NCBI GenBank assembly: GCA_015493225.1
Contig: WGDO01000031.1
Location: 1,355 to 65,354 of the forward strand
Length of the DNA: 64,000 nt
Reading direction: 5' to 3'
DNA from: Patescibacteria group bacterium
GTDB taxonomy: Bacteria > Patescibacteriota > Minisyncoccia > Moranbacterales > DUUL01
Shown: one piece after another, positions 48,046 through 57,689 of the stretch
Numbering within the stretch: position 1 is the first letter of the stretch
Layout: every line of letters begins with the position of its first letter
Notes under the pieces: model-generated
Told to the model about the DNA's origin: nothing
Databases searched by the model: none
Seen by the model: only the letters and a program-made list of their open reading frames with translations
Position numbers and translations under genes: made by a program

Positions 48046-48567
48046 TTATTTTTTCTTTTGATGTTTGAGCCAGTTTTCGCGGGTGGGGAGGGATTGGCAG
48101 GCGACGCCATCTTTATTTCCATCCAATCCGTGAATGTCTAATCCATTTGTGGCGCATTTTTCATAAACTTTTTGGGCTTCTTCTTGATATTTAAAATCAT
48201 CGCAATTGTAATTATAGGTTTGTTTTGGGTCACACATTGCTCCCATAATCAAATTTCCATTATCATCCCGGGATATTTTTGATTCTGACCAAGAGTGGGT
48301 CTTTGCTAGCTTTCCGAGGTCAACATCATTATTGGCCATTTCTAGTCCAAGGGCGGCTAAAAGAACGATGATAATTCCGGCGACAAAAATTCTACCTTTT
48401 TCCCAAAAGTAAAATAAGATTCCGGCGATGATCAATAGAAAAGCAATTAGCCCCAGGCGTACTTTTTTATTGCGACGAAGTCCGCTGACGTGTCTTTGTC
48501 TCTTGGAACGTGGTTTAGCTCCTTTTTCATCAATGGGGTCAAATTTTTCTCTTTTTTCTTTTGACAT
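48046..48567 (-). CDS. Membrane protein with an excalibur-like Ca-binding domain
   Basis: Two TM; [25 protein letters not shown]. Confidence 0.78.
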   Translation of the reverse strand: MSKEKREKFDPIDEKGAKPRSKRQRHVSGLRRNKKVRLGLIAFLLIIAGILFYFWEKGRIFVAGIIIVLLAALGLEMANNDVDLGKLAKTHSWSESKISRDDNGNLIMGAMCDPKQTYNYNCDDFKYQEEAQKVYEKCATNGLDIHGLDGNKDGVACQSLPTRENWLKHQKKK

Positions 48568-48942
48568 TTTTGATTGTTAATTGTTAATTAAGTGATTTAG
48601 AATAATATCTTAAATCAAGTTATTTCTATTGTAACATTGTTGTTTCTATGTTACAATAGGGAACTGGTTTTCTAGTTTTAAGTTTTAAATGAGTTTTGAA
48701 TTTTGAATTTTGATATTCTTTACGATTTATGATTTACGATTTATGATTTATGATTTAAGACTTGTATATTTATGTTAGCGGTATTTTATTAAATGATCAG
48801 CAGTTTTTAAATTGAGTTATTGAAAATTGAATTTAAATTTTAAATTTTAAATTTTAAATTAAAAACTAAATTTATTCTTAATATTTTCTTTATAAAAGAG
48901 TTAGAATTAATAATCTAATATCTAATCATTAATTTTAAAAAC

Positions 48943-49350
48943 ATGTCTGTAAAAGAACGGCAGGAAAGATTAAATATTGGCAATAAAGGCGAAAAGGTGG
49001 CGGCGAATTATTTATTGGCTCAGGGTTATGAGTTATTGGAGGCAAATTATTTTAATGACAAAGGGTATCAATGGGGCGAGATTGATTTGATTGTGAAAAA
49101 TAAACAAGATGATATAGTTTTTGTGGAAGTGAAAACTAGAAAAAATTTTAAGACGGAAAATAATGATGATATTGTGCCAGAAGAAAATATTAACAATGCT
49201 AAAATTATTAAAATTCAAAAATTAGCTTGGATATTTTTAAAAGAAAATGGCTGGGAAGAAAAAAATTGGCGGATTGATGCGGTGGGGGTGATTTTTAATT
49301 ATGTTAGTAGAAAAATTGAGATTAGGCATATTAAATATATTAGAGTATGA
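48943..49350 (+). CDS. YraN (UPF0102) family nuclease-like protein
   Basis: G..GE..A..YL, GEIDLI, VFVEVKTR, RID.V. Confidence 0.92.
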   Translation: MSVKERQERLNIGNKGEKVAANYLLAQGYELLEANYFNDKGYQWGEIDLIVKNKQDDIVFVEVKTRKNFKTENNDDIVPEENINNAKIIKIQKLAWIFLKENGWEEKNWRIDAVGVIFNYVSRKIEIRHIKYIRV

Positions 49351-49437
49351 GTAAAAAATTTGTCAAGGTGGATAAAATGAGATATTATAAGGGTAGATTT
49401 AAGGAATCTTTTATTTAAGAATTAATTTTATAGTAGT

Positions 49438-50043
49438 ATGAAAAATGATTTGGAAGAATTATTCGGTTCTAAGGAGCGGTGGCGACTTATTAAATTGTTT
49501 GTTTTAAATGATGATAAACAATATACACCCAGAGACATAATTAAACGAAATAGAATGGATGGACGAAAAGCAAGGGGTATTATTCATCAATTAGTGAAGG
49601 CAAAATTTATTAAAGAAAAAATTAAGAAAGGGAAAAAATATTATACTGTTAATAAAGATTTTCCGTTTTTTGGTGGATTGAAACAATTGGTTGTGAAATC
49701 TAATGTTTACCCACAATGTGCCAGTTTAGGAAAAATTGTTAATTTGGGTGATATAAAATTAGGTTTAGTCACGGGAATGTTTTTAGACAATCCTTCTTCT
49801 AAGGCTGATTTGTTGATTGTGGGTGACCATGTTTCTAATGCTAAAATGAAACATTTATTGGAAGATTTGGAGATAGAGTTGGGACGGGAGGTCAATTTTT
49901 CTTTAATGGATATTGCTGAATTTAAATATAGAGTGAATATGTTTGATAAGTTTATTCTGGAATTTTTTGAAGGGCCTCATGAAATGGTTGTGAATAAGGT
50001 TCAAAATGAAATTAGACAATTGAAAAGAGTTAAGAAAATCTAG
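49438..50043 (+). CDS. Winged-HTH + nucleotidyltransferase-like hypothetical protein
   Basis: LFGSK.R..L N-terminus; ADLLIVGD. Confidence 0.55.
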   Translation: MKNDLEELFGSKERWRLIKLFVLNDDKQYTPRDIIKRNRMDGRKARGIIHQLVKAKFIKEKIKKGKKYYTVNKDFPFFGGLKQLVVKSNVYPQCASLGKIVNLGDIKLGLVTGMFLDNPSSKADLLIVGDHVSNAKMKHLLEDLEIELGREVNFSLMDIAEFKYRVNMFDKFILEFFEGPHEMVVNKVQNEIRQLKRVKKI

Positions 50044-50115
50044 TAATTTATTTAAAGTAAAGCTTGGTAGAAAGCCCTGTAGAGTTACTCATTTTAAAAA
50101 AATCTAAGTTAAGAT

Positions 50116-50586
50116 ATGAAAAAAGAAAAGATAAAAATTTGGCGAGAATCAATTAGAATGAGTCAGATTTTGCTGTGGAAGGACAAAATAACTGTTACTA
50201 TAATTTATACTAGTGTTTTATTGAATCTTGGTGTTTGGTTGGTAATGGGATGGTTGTTAAAATATAATAGCCAGGGAGTAATTATTGGGCATTACAATGT
50301 GTTTTTTGGAATAGATACAATGGTTGACATGTCTAATGGAACTAGTCAGTGGGAAATATTATTTGTTCCTTTGGGGGGATTGATTTTTTTAGTGTTAAGT
50401 TTTATGATGAGTGTTTTGTTAATGGTACAATTTAATAATTTATCAGAAAAAGTTGATAAAAAAGTCGATAGTTTAATTAGCAATAAATCAATTGGATTTA
50501 TTAGTAGTAGATTATTGTTAATTGGAGCTTGGATTTTACAGTTGATTTTATTGGTGTATAGTTTAATGATTTTGAGAATTAATTAA
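50116..50586 (+). CDS. Hypothetical membrane protein
   Basis: Three TM; HYNVFFGID motif. Confidence 0.7.
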   Translation: MKKEKIKIWRESIRMSQILLWKDKITVTIIYTSVLLNLGVWLVMGWLLKYNSQGVIIGHYNVFFGIDTMVDMSNGTSQWEILFVPLGGLIFLVLSFMMSVLLMVQFNNLSEKVDKKVDSLISNKSIGFISSRLLLIGAWILQLILLVYSLMILRIN

Positions 50587-52299
50587 ATGTATAAAAAAAA
50601 ATGGGCCTATCCTGACCCAAGAACAACTAATTTAAAAGAACATAGAATACAAAGATTTTGGGAGATTGTGCCCGGTTTTTTGACTTGGTTTACTTTAATT
50701 GGTATGTTTGTTTTTTCGCGTTTTTTTCCAGCCTACGTAGCTATTTTTGTGATAGTTTTTGATTCTTATTGGATTTTACGAACTGTTTATATTTCTTCTT
50801 ATTCGGTGATGGCTTACCGTAAAATGAAAAGATGGGCGGTGATAGATTGGATGCATAGATTGGAAACTATTTTTCGAGGGGATAAGTTATTAGGAGAGTT
50901 AGATGATGAAATTAAAAAAATAAAAAAACAGTTGGAAAATAAAGATTTAAACAGGAAACAGAGAAAATTATTGAAGAGCAAGTTGTTGGAGAGACAAAAT
51001 TTTTTGAAGAGAGCCAAAAAAGATTTAAAACATAAGAATGAATTTTTAGATTGGCATCAAGTTTATCATGTAATGATGTTGCCAAATGCTATTGAAACAG
51101 CGGATAATATTCGTCCGGCTATCCAGTCAATTCTTGATGCTAATTATCCCAAGGATAAAATTATTATTCTTTTGGCTATGGAGGAACGAGAGCCAAAAGA
51201 GAAAAGGGACCAAAAAGAGAAAATTTTACGAAAAGAATTTGGTGATAAATTTTTTGCTTTTGTGTCAACGGTGCATAGGGTTAAAGACAATGAGATGAAA
51301 TGTAAAGCTTCTAACACTACTTACGCTGCTAAAAAGATGAAGAAATTTTTGGAGGAGAAAAATATTCCTTTGGAAAATGTTGTTTTGTCTAATTTGGATT
51401 GTGAAACAAGGGTGCATCCGCAATATTTAGCAGCATTGACTTATTCTTATGTTACTGACCCAAAAAGATTAAGGAGGGCTTATCAACCTTTGCCGGTTTA
51501 TCATAATAATATTTGGGATACAATTGCTCCGGTGAGAATTATTGTTACGGGGTCTTCTTTTTGGCAGATGGTGGAATCAATGCGTCCAGAGCATATGGTA
51601 ACTTTTTCTTCTCATAGTGAACCTTTTAAAACAATAGTTGATATTGGTTATTGGCCGGTAAATGTTATTTCAGAAGACTCGTTGGTTTTTTGGAATGCTT
51701 ATAATTATTTTGATGGAGATTATTTATCTAAGCCAATTTATTTACCAGTTTCCATGGATGCGGTTTTGGGAAATACCTATTGGCATACTATTAAAAATCA
51801 GTACAAACAAAATCATCGTTGGGCCTATGGGATTGAGAATTTACCATTATTGGCGAGAGCTTTTCGGGGAAATAAAAAAATTCCTTTTTTAACAAAAGTG
51901 AAGCATCTGTTTACAATGATAGAGGGTCATTATAGTTGGGCAACTACTTCTTTTATTTTAGCAGTTTTAGGTTGGTTGCCTTTAATTCTTGGTGGGGAAC
52001 ATTTTAATGAATCTGTTTTAGCACATAATCTTCCATTTATTACTAGGGTATTAATGACTTTGGCGATGGTTGGTTTGTTGGTGTCAATGTTTTTGAGTTT
52101 GATTACTTTACCGCCACGACCAAAACATTATAAAAAACGACGATATTTGGGAATGGTTTTTCAATGGATTTTAGCTCCTTTTATTGCTCCATTTTTAGGG
52201 GCGGCGCCGGCGGTACATGCACAAACTAGGTTAATGTTTAAAAAATATATGGGAGAGTTTTGGGTGACGGAGAAGATAGTTAAGAAGTCTGTAAAATAA
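50587..52299 (+). CDS. Membrane-bound GT2-family glycosyltransferase
   Basis: K.SN, LDCE, ISED, Q..RW(A) motifs; flanking TMs. Confidence 0.8.
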   Translation: MYKKKWAYPDPRTTNLKEHRIQRFWEIVPGFLTWFTLIGMFVFSRFFPAYVAIFVIVFDSYWILRTVYISSYSVMAYRKMKRWAVIDWMHRLETIFRGDKLLGELDDEIKKIKKQLENKDLNRKQRKLLKSKLLERQNFLKRAKKDLKHKNEFLDWHQVYHVMMLPNAIETADNIRPAIQSILDANYPKDKIIILLAMEEREPKEKRDQKEKILRKEFGDKFFAFVSTVHRVKDNEMKCKASNTTYAAKKMKKFLEEKNIPLENVVLSNLDCETRVHPQYLAALTYSYVTDPKRLRRAYQPLPVYHNNIWDTIAPVRIIVTGSSFWQMVESMRPEHMVTFSSHSEPFKTIVDIGYWPVNVISEDSLVFWNAYNYFDGDYLSKPIYLPVSMDAVLGNTYWHTIKNQYKQNHRWAYGIENLPLLARAFRGNKKIPFLTKVKHLFTMIEGHYSWATTSFILAVLGWLPLILGGEHFNESVLAHNLPFITRVLMTLAMVGLLVSMFLSLITLPPRPKHYKKRRYLGMVFQWILAPFIAPFLGAAPAVHAQTRLMFKKYMGEFWVTEKIVKKSVK

Positions 52300-52509
52300 A
52301 TTTAAAATTTAAAATTTAAAATTTGAATTCAATTTAAAATGATTAAATTTAAAAATAATACTAGTTTAATTTCTAATTTTCAATTTTTAATTTCTAAATA
52401 ATTTTTTAGAAATTGAAAATTAGAAATTAAAAATTGATTGAAAATTTTAAATTTTAAATTTTAAATTGAAGTAAAATGTATAATGCTTAAACTACAAACA
52501 TAAAGAGGT

Positions 52510-53493
52510 ATGGTTAATATTTTTTTTCAAGCATTAATTTTAAGTGGGGTGTTGTTTTTGGTTGGGACAAAGATATGGAAGAATAAATTTAAAAGATGGG
52601 GAGGGATTGTTTTGGTGTTGGTATTTGTGTGTTTGGTTTTGACTCATCGAGAGTTAGAATTAACTAAACAATTACAGGGAATTTTAGTTGGTAGTTTATT
52701 TATATTGGGATTCGGTTGGTGGGATGATTTGCGAAATCTATCTTGGAGACAACAGTTACTGGGACAAATATTTCTGGTGATAATTTTACTTTTCTTTGGT
52801 TTTCGGGTGGAGTATTTACATGGAATTTATAATTTTGGTTTTCACTTGGATAAAATATTTTTGGGAGGAGTGTCTGTTTTAAGTGCTATTTTTATATTTT
52901 TTTGGATAATGGGAAGTATTAATGCGATGAATTGGTTAGATGGAGTAGATTCTTCTTTGGGAATAGTAGCTTTATTTGGTGGATTAAGCATTGGGTTTGT
53001 TAGTTTATTACCGGAAGTTAATCAGCCAGCTATTGCAATCTTGGTTAGTATCTTTTTAGGGTCGATGGTTGGATTTTTATTATTTAATTTACCACCGGCA
53101 AAAGTAGAAGCGGGAACAGTGGGAAGTTATTTTGTTGGTTTTGTGTTGGCTAGTTTGGCAATTATGGCTGGGAGTAAAATTATCACAATGATGATAATCT
53201 TTATTTTACCAATGATGGACTTTGCCTTGGTAATCGTTAATAGATGGCGACGGGGAGTTTCTATTCTTCAAAAGGACCATAGTCATTTACACTATCGTTT
53301 GCGAGCGTTAGGTTGGAGTGATTTAAGAATTTTTTTAACCTATGGAATATTTTTAGGAACGGTATTGGTTTTGTATATTTGGCTACCAACCAGGGAAGCG
53401 AGATTTTATTTGTTGTTGGGGGAGATGATTGTGGTGGGAGGAGGGATAGGGTTTATAAAGTCTGTAAAGTCGAAAGTCGAAAGTCTAAAATAA
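52510..53493 (+). CDS. MraY/WecA-like polyprenyl-phosphate sugar-1-phosphate transferase
   Basis: G..DD, NAMNWLDG.D, FN.PPAK, D..HLH.RL. Confidence 0.85.
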   Translation: MVNIFFQALILSGVLFLVGTKIWKNKFKRWGGIVLVLVFVCLVLTHRELELTKQLQGILVGSLFILGFGWWDDLRNLSWRQQLLGQIFLVIILLFFGFRVEYLHGIYNFGFHLDKIFLGGVSVLSAIFIFFWIMGSINAMNWLDGVDSSLGIVALFGGLSIGFVSLLPEVNQPAIAILVSIFLGSMVGFLLFNLPPAKVEAGTVGSYFVGFVLASLAIMAGSKIITMMIIFILPMMDFALVIVNRWRRGVSILQKDHSHLHYRLRALGWSDLRIFLTYGIFLGTVLVLYIWLPTREARFYLLLGEMIVVGGGIGFIKSVKSKVESLK

Positions 53494-53635
53494 ATTTTAA
53501 ATTTTAAGTTTTAAATTTTAAATGAATAGCTAATTTTGAATTTTAAATTTTTAATAAAGTTTATTGGTGTGCATTTAATATTAAAAATTAGTTATTCAAA
53601 ACTCATTTAAAACTTAAAACTTAAAATTTAAAACT
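53494..53635. repeat. AT-rich heptamer (TTTTAAA/TTTTAAG) arrays forming an inverted pair (family H, representative copy)
   Basis: TTTTAAATTTTAAGTTTTAAATTTTAAATGAAT..ACTCATTTAAAACTTAAAACTTAAAATTTAAAA. Related arrays near 22660, 35665, 37200, 39737, 42506, 44915, 48675, 52300, 54424 and 59172. Confidence 0.85.
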
Positions 53636-53641
53636 AGTTTT

Positions 53642-54100
53642 ATGTTTAATAAAACCTTTAAATTCAAAGATATAGTTGGAATAACGCTGGTGATTTTAGC
53701 ATTGGTTGTTTTTTTGACTCAGAATGCTTTTTGGAAAGGGAGGAGCGGGACAGAGCAGACTATCTTGAAGATTGGGGGAAATGAATTACGAGTTGAAATT
53801 GCTGATGACGAGAAGGAGAGATATCAAGGGCTGAGTGGGAAGCAACAATTGAGCGATGAAGAAGGAATGTTATTTATACATCCAAAAGCAGATATGCACA
53901 AATATGTGATGAGGGGTATGAAGTTTGATTTAGATTTTATTTTTATTAAAGATGGTAAGGTGGTAGATATTGCTAAAAATGTTTCAATGGGGTATAAAGG
54001 AATAGTGCAGGGAGCGACGGAGTATGATGAAATTTTGGAAGTTCCGGCAGGATGGTGTAACCGAAGGGGGGTAAAGTTGGGGGATAAAGTTGTTAAATGA
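53642..54100 (+). CDS. DUF192-family protein
   Basis: VEIAD...R..GL, GMLF, M..M.F.LD.IFI, LEV.AG. Confidence 0.9.
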   Translation: MFNKTFKFKDIVGITLVILALVVFLTQNAFWKGRSGTEQTILKIGGNELRVEIADDEKERYQGLSGKQQLSDEEGMLFIHPKADMHKYVMRGMKFDLDFIFIKDGKVVDIAKNVSMGYKGIVQGATEYDEILEVPAGWCNRRGVKLGDKVVK

Positions 54101-54101
54101 T

Positions 54102-54431
54102 ATGCAATTTATTGAGCCGAAAAATGATCGAAATTATTTGTGGACGTCGCATTCTAAGCGAAAGTTGTTTCAGTATGGTTTGGGCCCGGGGGCAGTTAAA
54201 AGGGTGATGAGGTATCCAGACCGGAAAGAAGAGGGAATTGCTGAAAAAACGGTGGCGGTGATGAAAGATAAGTCTACTAAGTCTGCTAATAAGGAGTTGT
54301 GGGTGATGTATCAGATTGTGAAAGGCAAAAAAAGAGTTATTTCTGCTTGGATTTATCCTGGAAAAACGGAACCGGGGGCGGAAATTTATGTGCCGGATGA
54401 GGTTTGGGAGGAGATACAAAAGAAATTTTAA
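54102..54431 (+). CDS. Hypothetical protein (DUF4258-like)
   Basis: WT.H...K, P.R.EEG, WVMY, VISAW pattern. Confidence 0.55.
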   Translation: MQFIEPKNDRNYLWTSHSKRKLFQYGLGPGAVKRVMRYPDRKEEGIAEKTVAVMKDKSTKSANKELWVMYQIVKGKKRVISAWIYPGKTEPGAEIYVPDEVWEEIQKKF

Positions 54432-54751
54432 GTTTTAAATTTTAAGTTTTAAATGAATATTCAATTTTGAATTTTAAATTTTAAATTTTTAATTCAATTT
54501 TTAATGATTAAATTTTAAATTTTCTGTTTCTACGAATTTATGAATCAACTACGAATTTACGAATTACTCACTGCGTTCGTTATGTGGGATTTGTAAATTT
54601 GTAGTTGATTTGTAGATTTGTGGTGATTGTAAGTTGTAAGCTAGAAAAGGTTGGGGGTGGATTTCAATTCTTAAAATCCCCCCTCAATCCCCCCCCCTTA
54701 CAAAGGGGGGAAGCTAGAAAAGTAGCAAATAATTAAAATAAGTATAAACAA

Positions 54752-55090
54752 ATGAAAATAGCTAATGAAAAATTTACAGAGGCTTTTGAGGAGGTTATTT
54801 TGAGTGTGGCTGATGGAATAATGGAAGGGGATTATTTAAAGATTAAAGCCAGCAGTTCCCAGGAGCAATTGTATGAATTTAAGGAATTTAGAGGAGCTTT
54901 TCAGCAAAGATTAAAATTATTTTATTGGCGGAAATTTATGGAATTTAAAAAAAAGGGGAAAGAAAAGTTTTTTCCAGGAGATTTAGATGAAGTTGAAAAA
55001 GATATTTATTTTATGTATATTCAATTTAAAGATTTTTTGCGAAAGCAACGGGAGAGATTGGATTTGCCGTTGGGATTTTTGGAGGAATAG
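54752..55090 (+). CDS. Hypothetical protein
   Basis: 112-aa ORF with host-like composition. Confidence 0.5.
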   Translation: MKIANEKFTEAFEEVILSVADGIMEGDYLKIKASSSQEQLYEFKEFRGAFQQRLKLFYWRKFMEFKKKGKEKFFPGDLDEVEKDIYFMYIQFKDFLRKQRERLDLPLGFLEE

Positions 55091-55114
55091 ATGTAATGAG
55101 GGGCTGTTTAATTT

Positions 55115-55285
55115 ACCCCCTGTCTAAAGGGGGTCAAAATTCGAGGAACGAGAATTTTTTGGGGTTTTTCTGTTTGTTACTTAAAAACCCCCGAAGCCTG
55201 AACAAATTCTTTTTATTCCGCTTCGCTGACGCTACGCGGACTAAAAAGAATTTATCCAGCCTTCCGCCCCCTTTAAAAAGGGGGC
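55115..55285. repeat. Two back-to-back family B elements (55115-55169 minus; 55183-55285 plus, with a C-like inner hairpin)
   Basis: Reverse complement of the 25746-type element, then AAAAACCCCC..TCCGCTTCGCTGACGCTACGCGGA..CCCCCTTTAAAAAGGGGG. Confidence 0.8.
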
Positions 55286-55303
55286 AACTTGGAATCAATG
55301 GTT

Positions 55304-56431
55304 TTACATATGGTCTAAAAAGTTATCAACTAACGCAAGGATTTTTTCAAGGTTATTTTCCCAAATAATTCTTTGGTCTCGTTTAAACCAAGTGCGTTGG
55401 CGTTTAGCGTAGTTTTTCTCAGCGAAGTAGACTCGTTTAATTAGCTCTTCTTTAGCTTGAATTGGGTCGGTGATAATATTTTTCTGGTCATCAAGCAGTT
55501 TGTTTTGGAGATAAAGAGGTATCCAATAGTAGGCTAGACCAAAAGCTTGAATTTCTTCCCAACTTATTTTGTATTTTTCTTTTAGATTTTTTATTTCTTT
55601 AATCATTCCATCAGTCCAACGACTTTCCAGTCGTTTTTTTATTTTTTCCGCTAATTTATCTTTGGGCCAATCTAAACCAACCTGAAGGAAGTCGATATTT
55701 TTAGGAGCATTCTTTTTTATTTTTGGTATGGTTCCTAGTTCTTCACATATTTCTAAAGCACGAATTAGGCGGAACTTATTTTTGGGATCAATGTTTTTGG
55801 CACGGTCCGGGTCTTTCTTTTGTAGTATTTTAAATAATTCATCAGTATTTTTCTTTTCTAGTTTCACTCTCAGTTTTTTATTTGGTTTTACTTCCGGGAA
55901 AATAGTGTTATCAACTACGGCGGAGATCCAAAAACCGGTACCGCCACAAAGAATAGGGATTTTATTTTCTTGATTAATTTTCTTAATTAGTTGTAGGCAA
56001 TTTTTTTGGAAATTAGTTACAGAATATTTTTTATCTTCTTGGGAGTGGGTGGTCGGACTTACAAAATCAACAAGATGATGGGGGATGTTTTTGTAAATAA
56101 AGATTTTTTTTGATTTTTCAGACGCTTTGCCTGCCTTATTGGCAGGTGAACCTGCTTCATCTAGTTTACCGGCAGGTGAACTTCCGAAATCAGTTATTAA
56201 TTTTTCAGAAGCAAGGCTTCTGAAATTTCTGGGATTTTTAATTTCTTTCCATTCTCCCTCGACTTTTCCTGTGCCTAAATCCATGTCTTTATAAATCTGC
56301 CTAGAGTCAACAGAAATAATTTCACTTTTTTTACTAACATCTTTTTCCAATTTTTTCGCAAGTCTAACAGCCAGGTCTGATTTACCTGACGAAGTCGGTC
56401 CGAGAATAACAATGACTTTGGTTTTTTTCAT
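55304..56431 (-). CDS. miaA: tRNA dimethylallyltransferase
   Basis: GPTSSGKS, DSRQIY, IPHHL, GGTG, RLIRALE, YAKRQ.TWF. Confidence 0.95.
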   Translation of the reverse strand: MKKTKVIVILGPTSSGKSDLAVRLAKKLEKDVSKKSEIISVDSRQIYKDMDLGTGKVEGEWKEIKNPRNFRSLASEKLITDFGSSPAGKLDEAGSPANKAGKASEKSKKIFIYKNIPHHLVDFVSPTTHSQEDKKYSVTNFQKNCLQLIKKINQENKIPILCGGTGFWISAVVDNTIFPEVKPNKKLRVKLEKKNTDELFKILQKKDPDRAKNIDPKNKFRLIRALEICEELGTIPKIKKNAPKNIDFLQVGLDWPKDKLAEKIKKRLESRWTDGMIKEIKNLKEKYKISWEEIQAFGLAYYWIPLYLQNKLLDDQKNIITDPIQAKEELIKRVYFAEKNYAKRQRTWFKRDQRIIWENNLEKILALVDNFLDHM

Positions 56432-56766
56432 ATACGATTGATAAGTCAATAAATAACAAATTAGAATCTTAAAATTAAAATCAGTAATTAATAAAGTGGG
56501 TTTAAATCAAAATTGTCAGTGGTATTATGATATTATTGATAATATCATAATAGATTATCGACGGATAAAAATGATAAATTAAAAATCTAGTCTATGTTAA
56601 AAGTTTACTTTAGTTATGGGTAATCGTCAATGAGTTAAGTGCTTGGGAGCGAAGTATCGGTTCTTCATGTGCTTGCATTAATTGGGCAATCAGAGTAATA
56701 TTTTGATAGAGGGAAGTTTTTTTTTATGAATTGTTAACTCCTGTTCTTACAGGAGAGGGAGCTAGC

Positions 56767-57033
56767 ATGAAAAAAGCATTTTGGTTAGTAGTTGGAACTT
56801 TGGCAGCCATTGCTGTGGGAGTTGCTGCGTTCGACAGGCAGTTTATCCCATGGTTGATATCAGGAATTATTGCCGCATGTATTTATGCGACCGATAGAAC
56901 TCTAGGAATAGGCGGGTTTGCCTATTCTCCAAAAGACCGAGTGCTGGCAGTGCTCATGGCGATTTTAATAGTTATTGCGGGTCCGTTTGGGGTAGAGATT
57001 TCGTTACTGTGTCATTATGAGGATTACTTGTGA
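56767..57033 (+). CDS. Small hypothetical membrane protein
   Basis: GGAGAGGG RBS; three hydrophobic segments; own downstream terminator. Confidence 0.6.
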   Translation: MKKAFWLVVGTLAAIAVGVAAFDRQFIPWLISGIIAACIYATDRTLGIGGFAYSPKDRVLAVLMAILIVIAGPFGVEISLLCHYEDYL

Positions 57034-57048
57034 TGTCACGATATTTTT

Positions 57049-57085
57049 TGGCAGAGTTGAAATTCAACTCTGCCCATCTTTTTTA
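57049..57085 (+). terminator. Intrinsic terminator
   Basis: GGCAGAGTTGA-AAT-TCAACTCTGCC + T-run. Confidence 0.75.
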
Positions 57086-57184
57086 ATTATTATAACCTTC
57101 GTCATTACTTGCTTTTTGGTTGGGGATGGTGTTATTATAGAATGAGGGAGGAAAGGGTATTAATTGGCATTTAGTTTTTAATTG

Positions 57185-57616
57185 ATGAAGATAAAATTAA
57201 TAGTAGTGGGGAAAATGCATCAGCCGTTTTTGGGGTTGGTGGAGCAGTATTTGAAACAATGTGGACGATTTCAAGTGGCGGTGGAGTTGGTAGAATTAAA
57301 GGAGGATAAAAAAGTGGAGGAGAGGATTTTGCTTAAGACGGAGAAAAATTTCTTGATTTTATTGGATGAGAATGGTCGGGAGAAAACTTCTCAAGAATTG
57401 GCGAAATTTTTTGAAGAAAAAATGATGGGCGGACGAGATTTGGCATTGGTGATTGGAGGAGCAGATGGGCACAGCGAGACACTAAAACAGCAAGCAGATT
57501 TTTTATTGTCTTTATCGCAGTTGACTTTACCTCATGAATTAGCGACAGTGGTTTGTGCAGAAACAATTTATCGTAGTTTAAGTATTTTAAAAGGACACCC
57601 GTATCATCGAGGATAG
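57185..57616 (+). CDS. rlmH: 23S rRNA (pseudouridine1915-N3)-methyltransferase
   Basis: VGK, LDE.G, IGGADG, LSLS.LT.PH, E.IYR, HPYH. Confidence 0.95.
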   Translation: MKIKLIVVGKMHQPFLGLVEQYLKQCGRFQVAVELVELKEDKKVEERILLKTEKNFLILLDENGREKTSQELAKFFEEKMMGGRDLALVIGGADGHSETLKQQADFLLSLSQLTLPHELATVVCAETIYRSLSILKGHPYHRG

Positions 57617-57689
57617 CTTATTAAAACTTATTTAGATGTCGGACGTCTAAGTGGATTTAAGTTTAATTAATAAATAATTTAGAAATATT

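Noticed and set aside
54102-54431. Toxin-antitoxin module
   Set aside because: Only a weak RelE/DUF4258-like impression, and no recognisable antitoxin partner.
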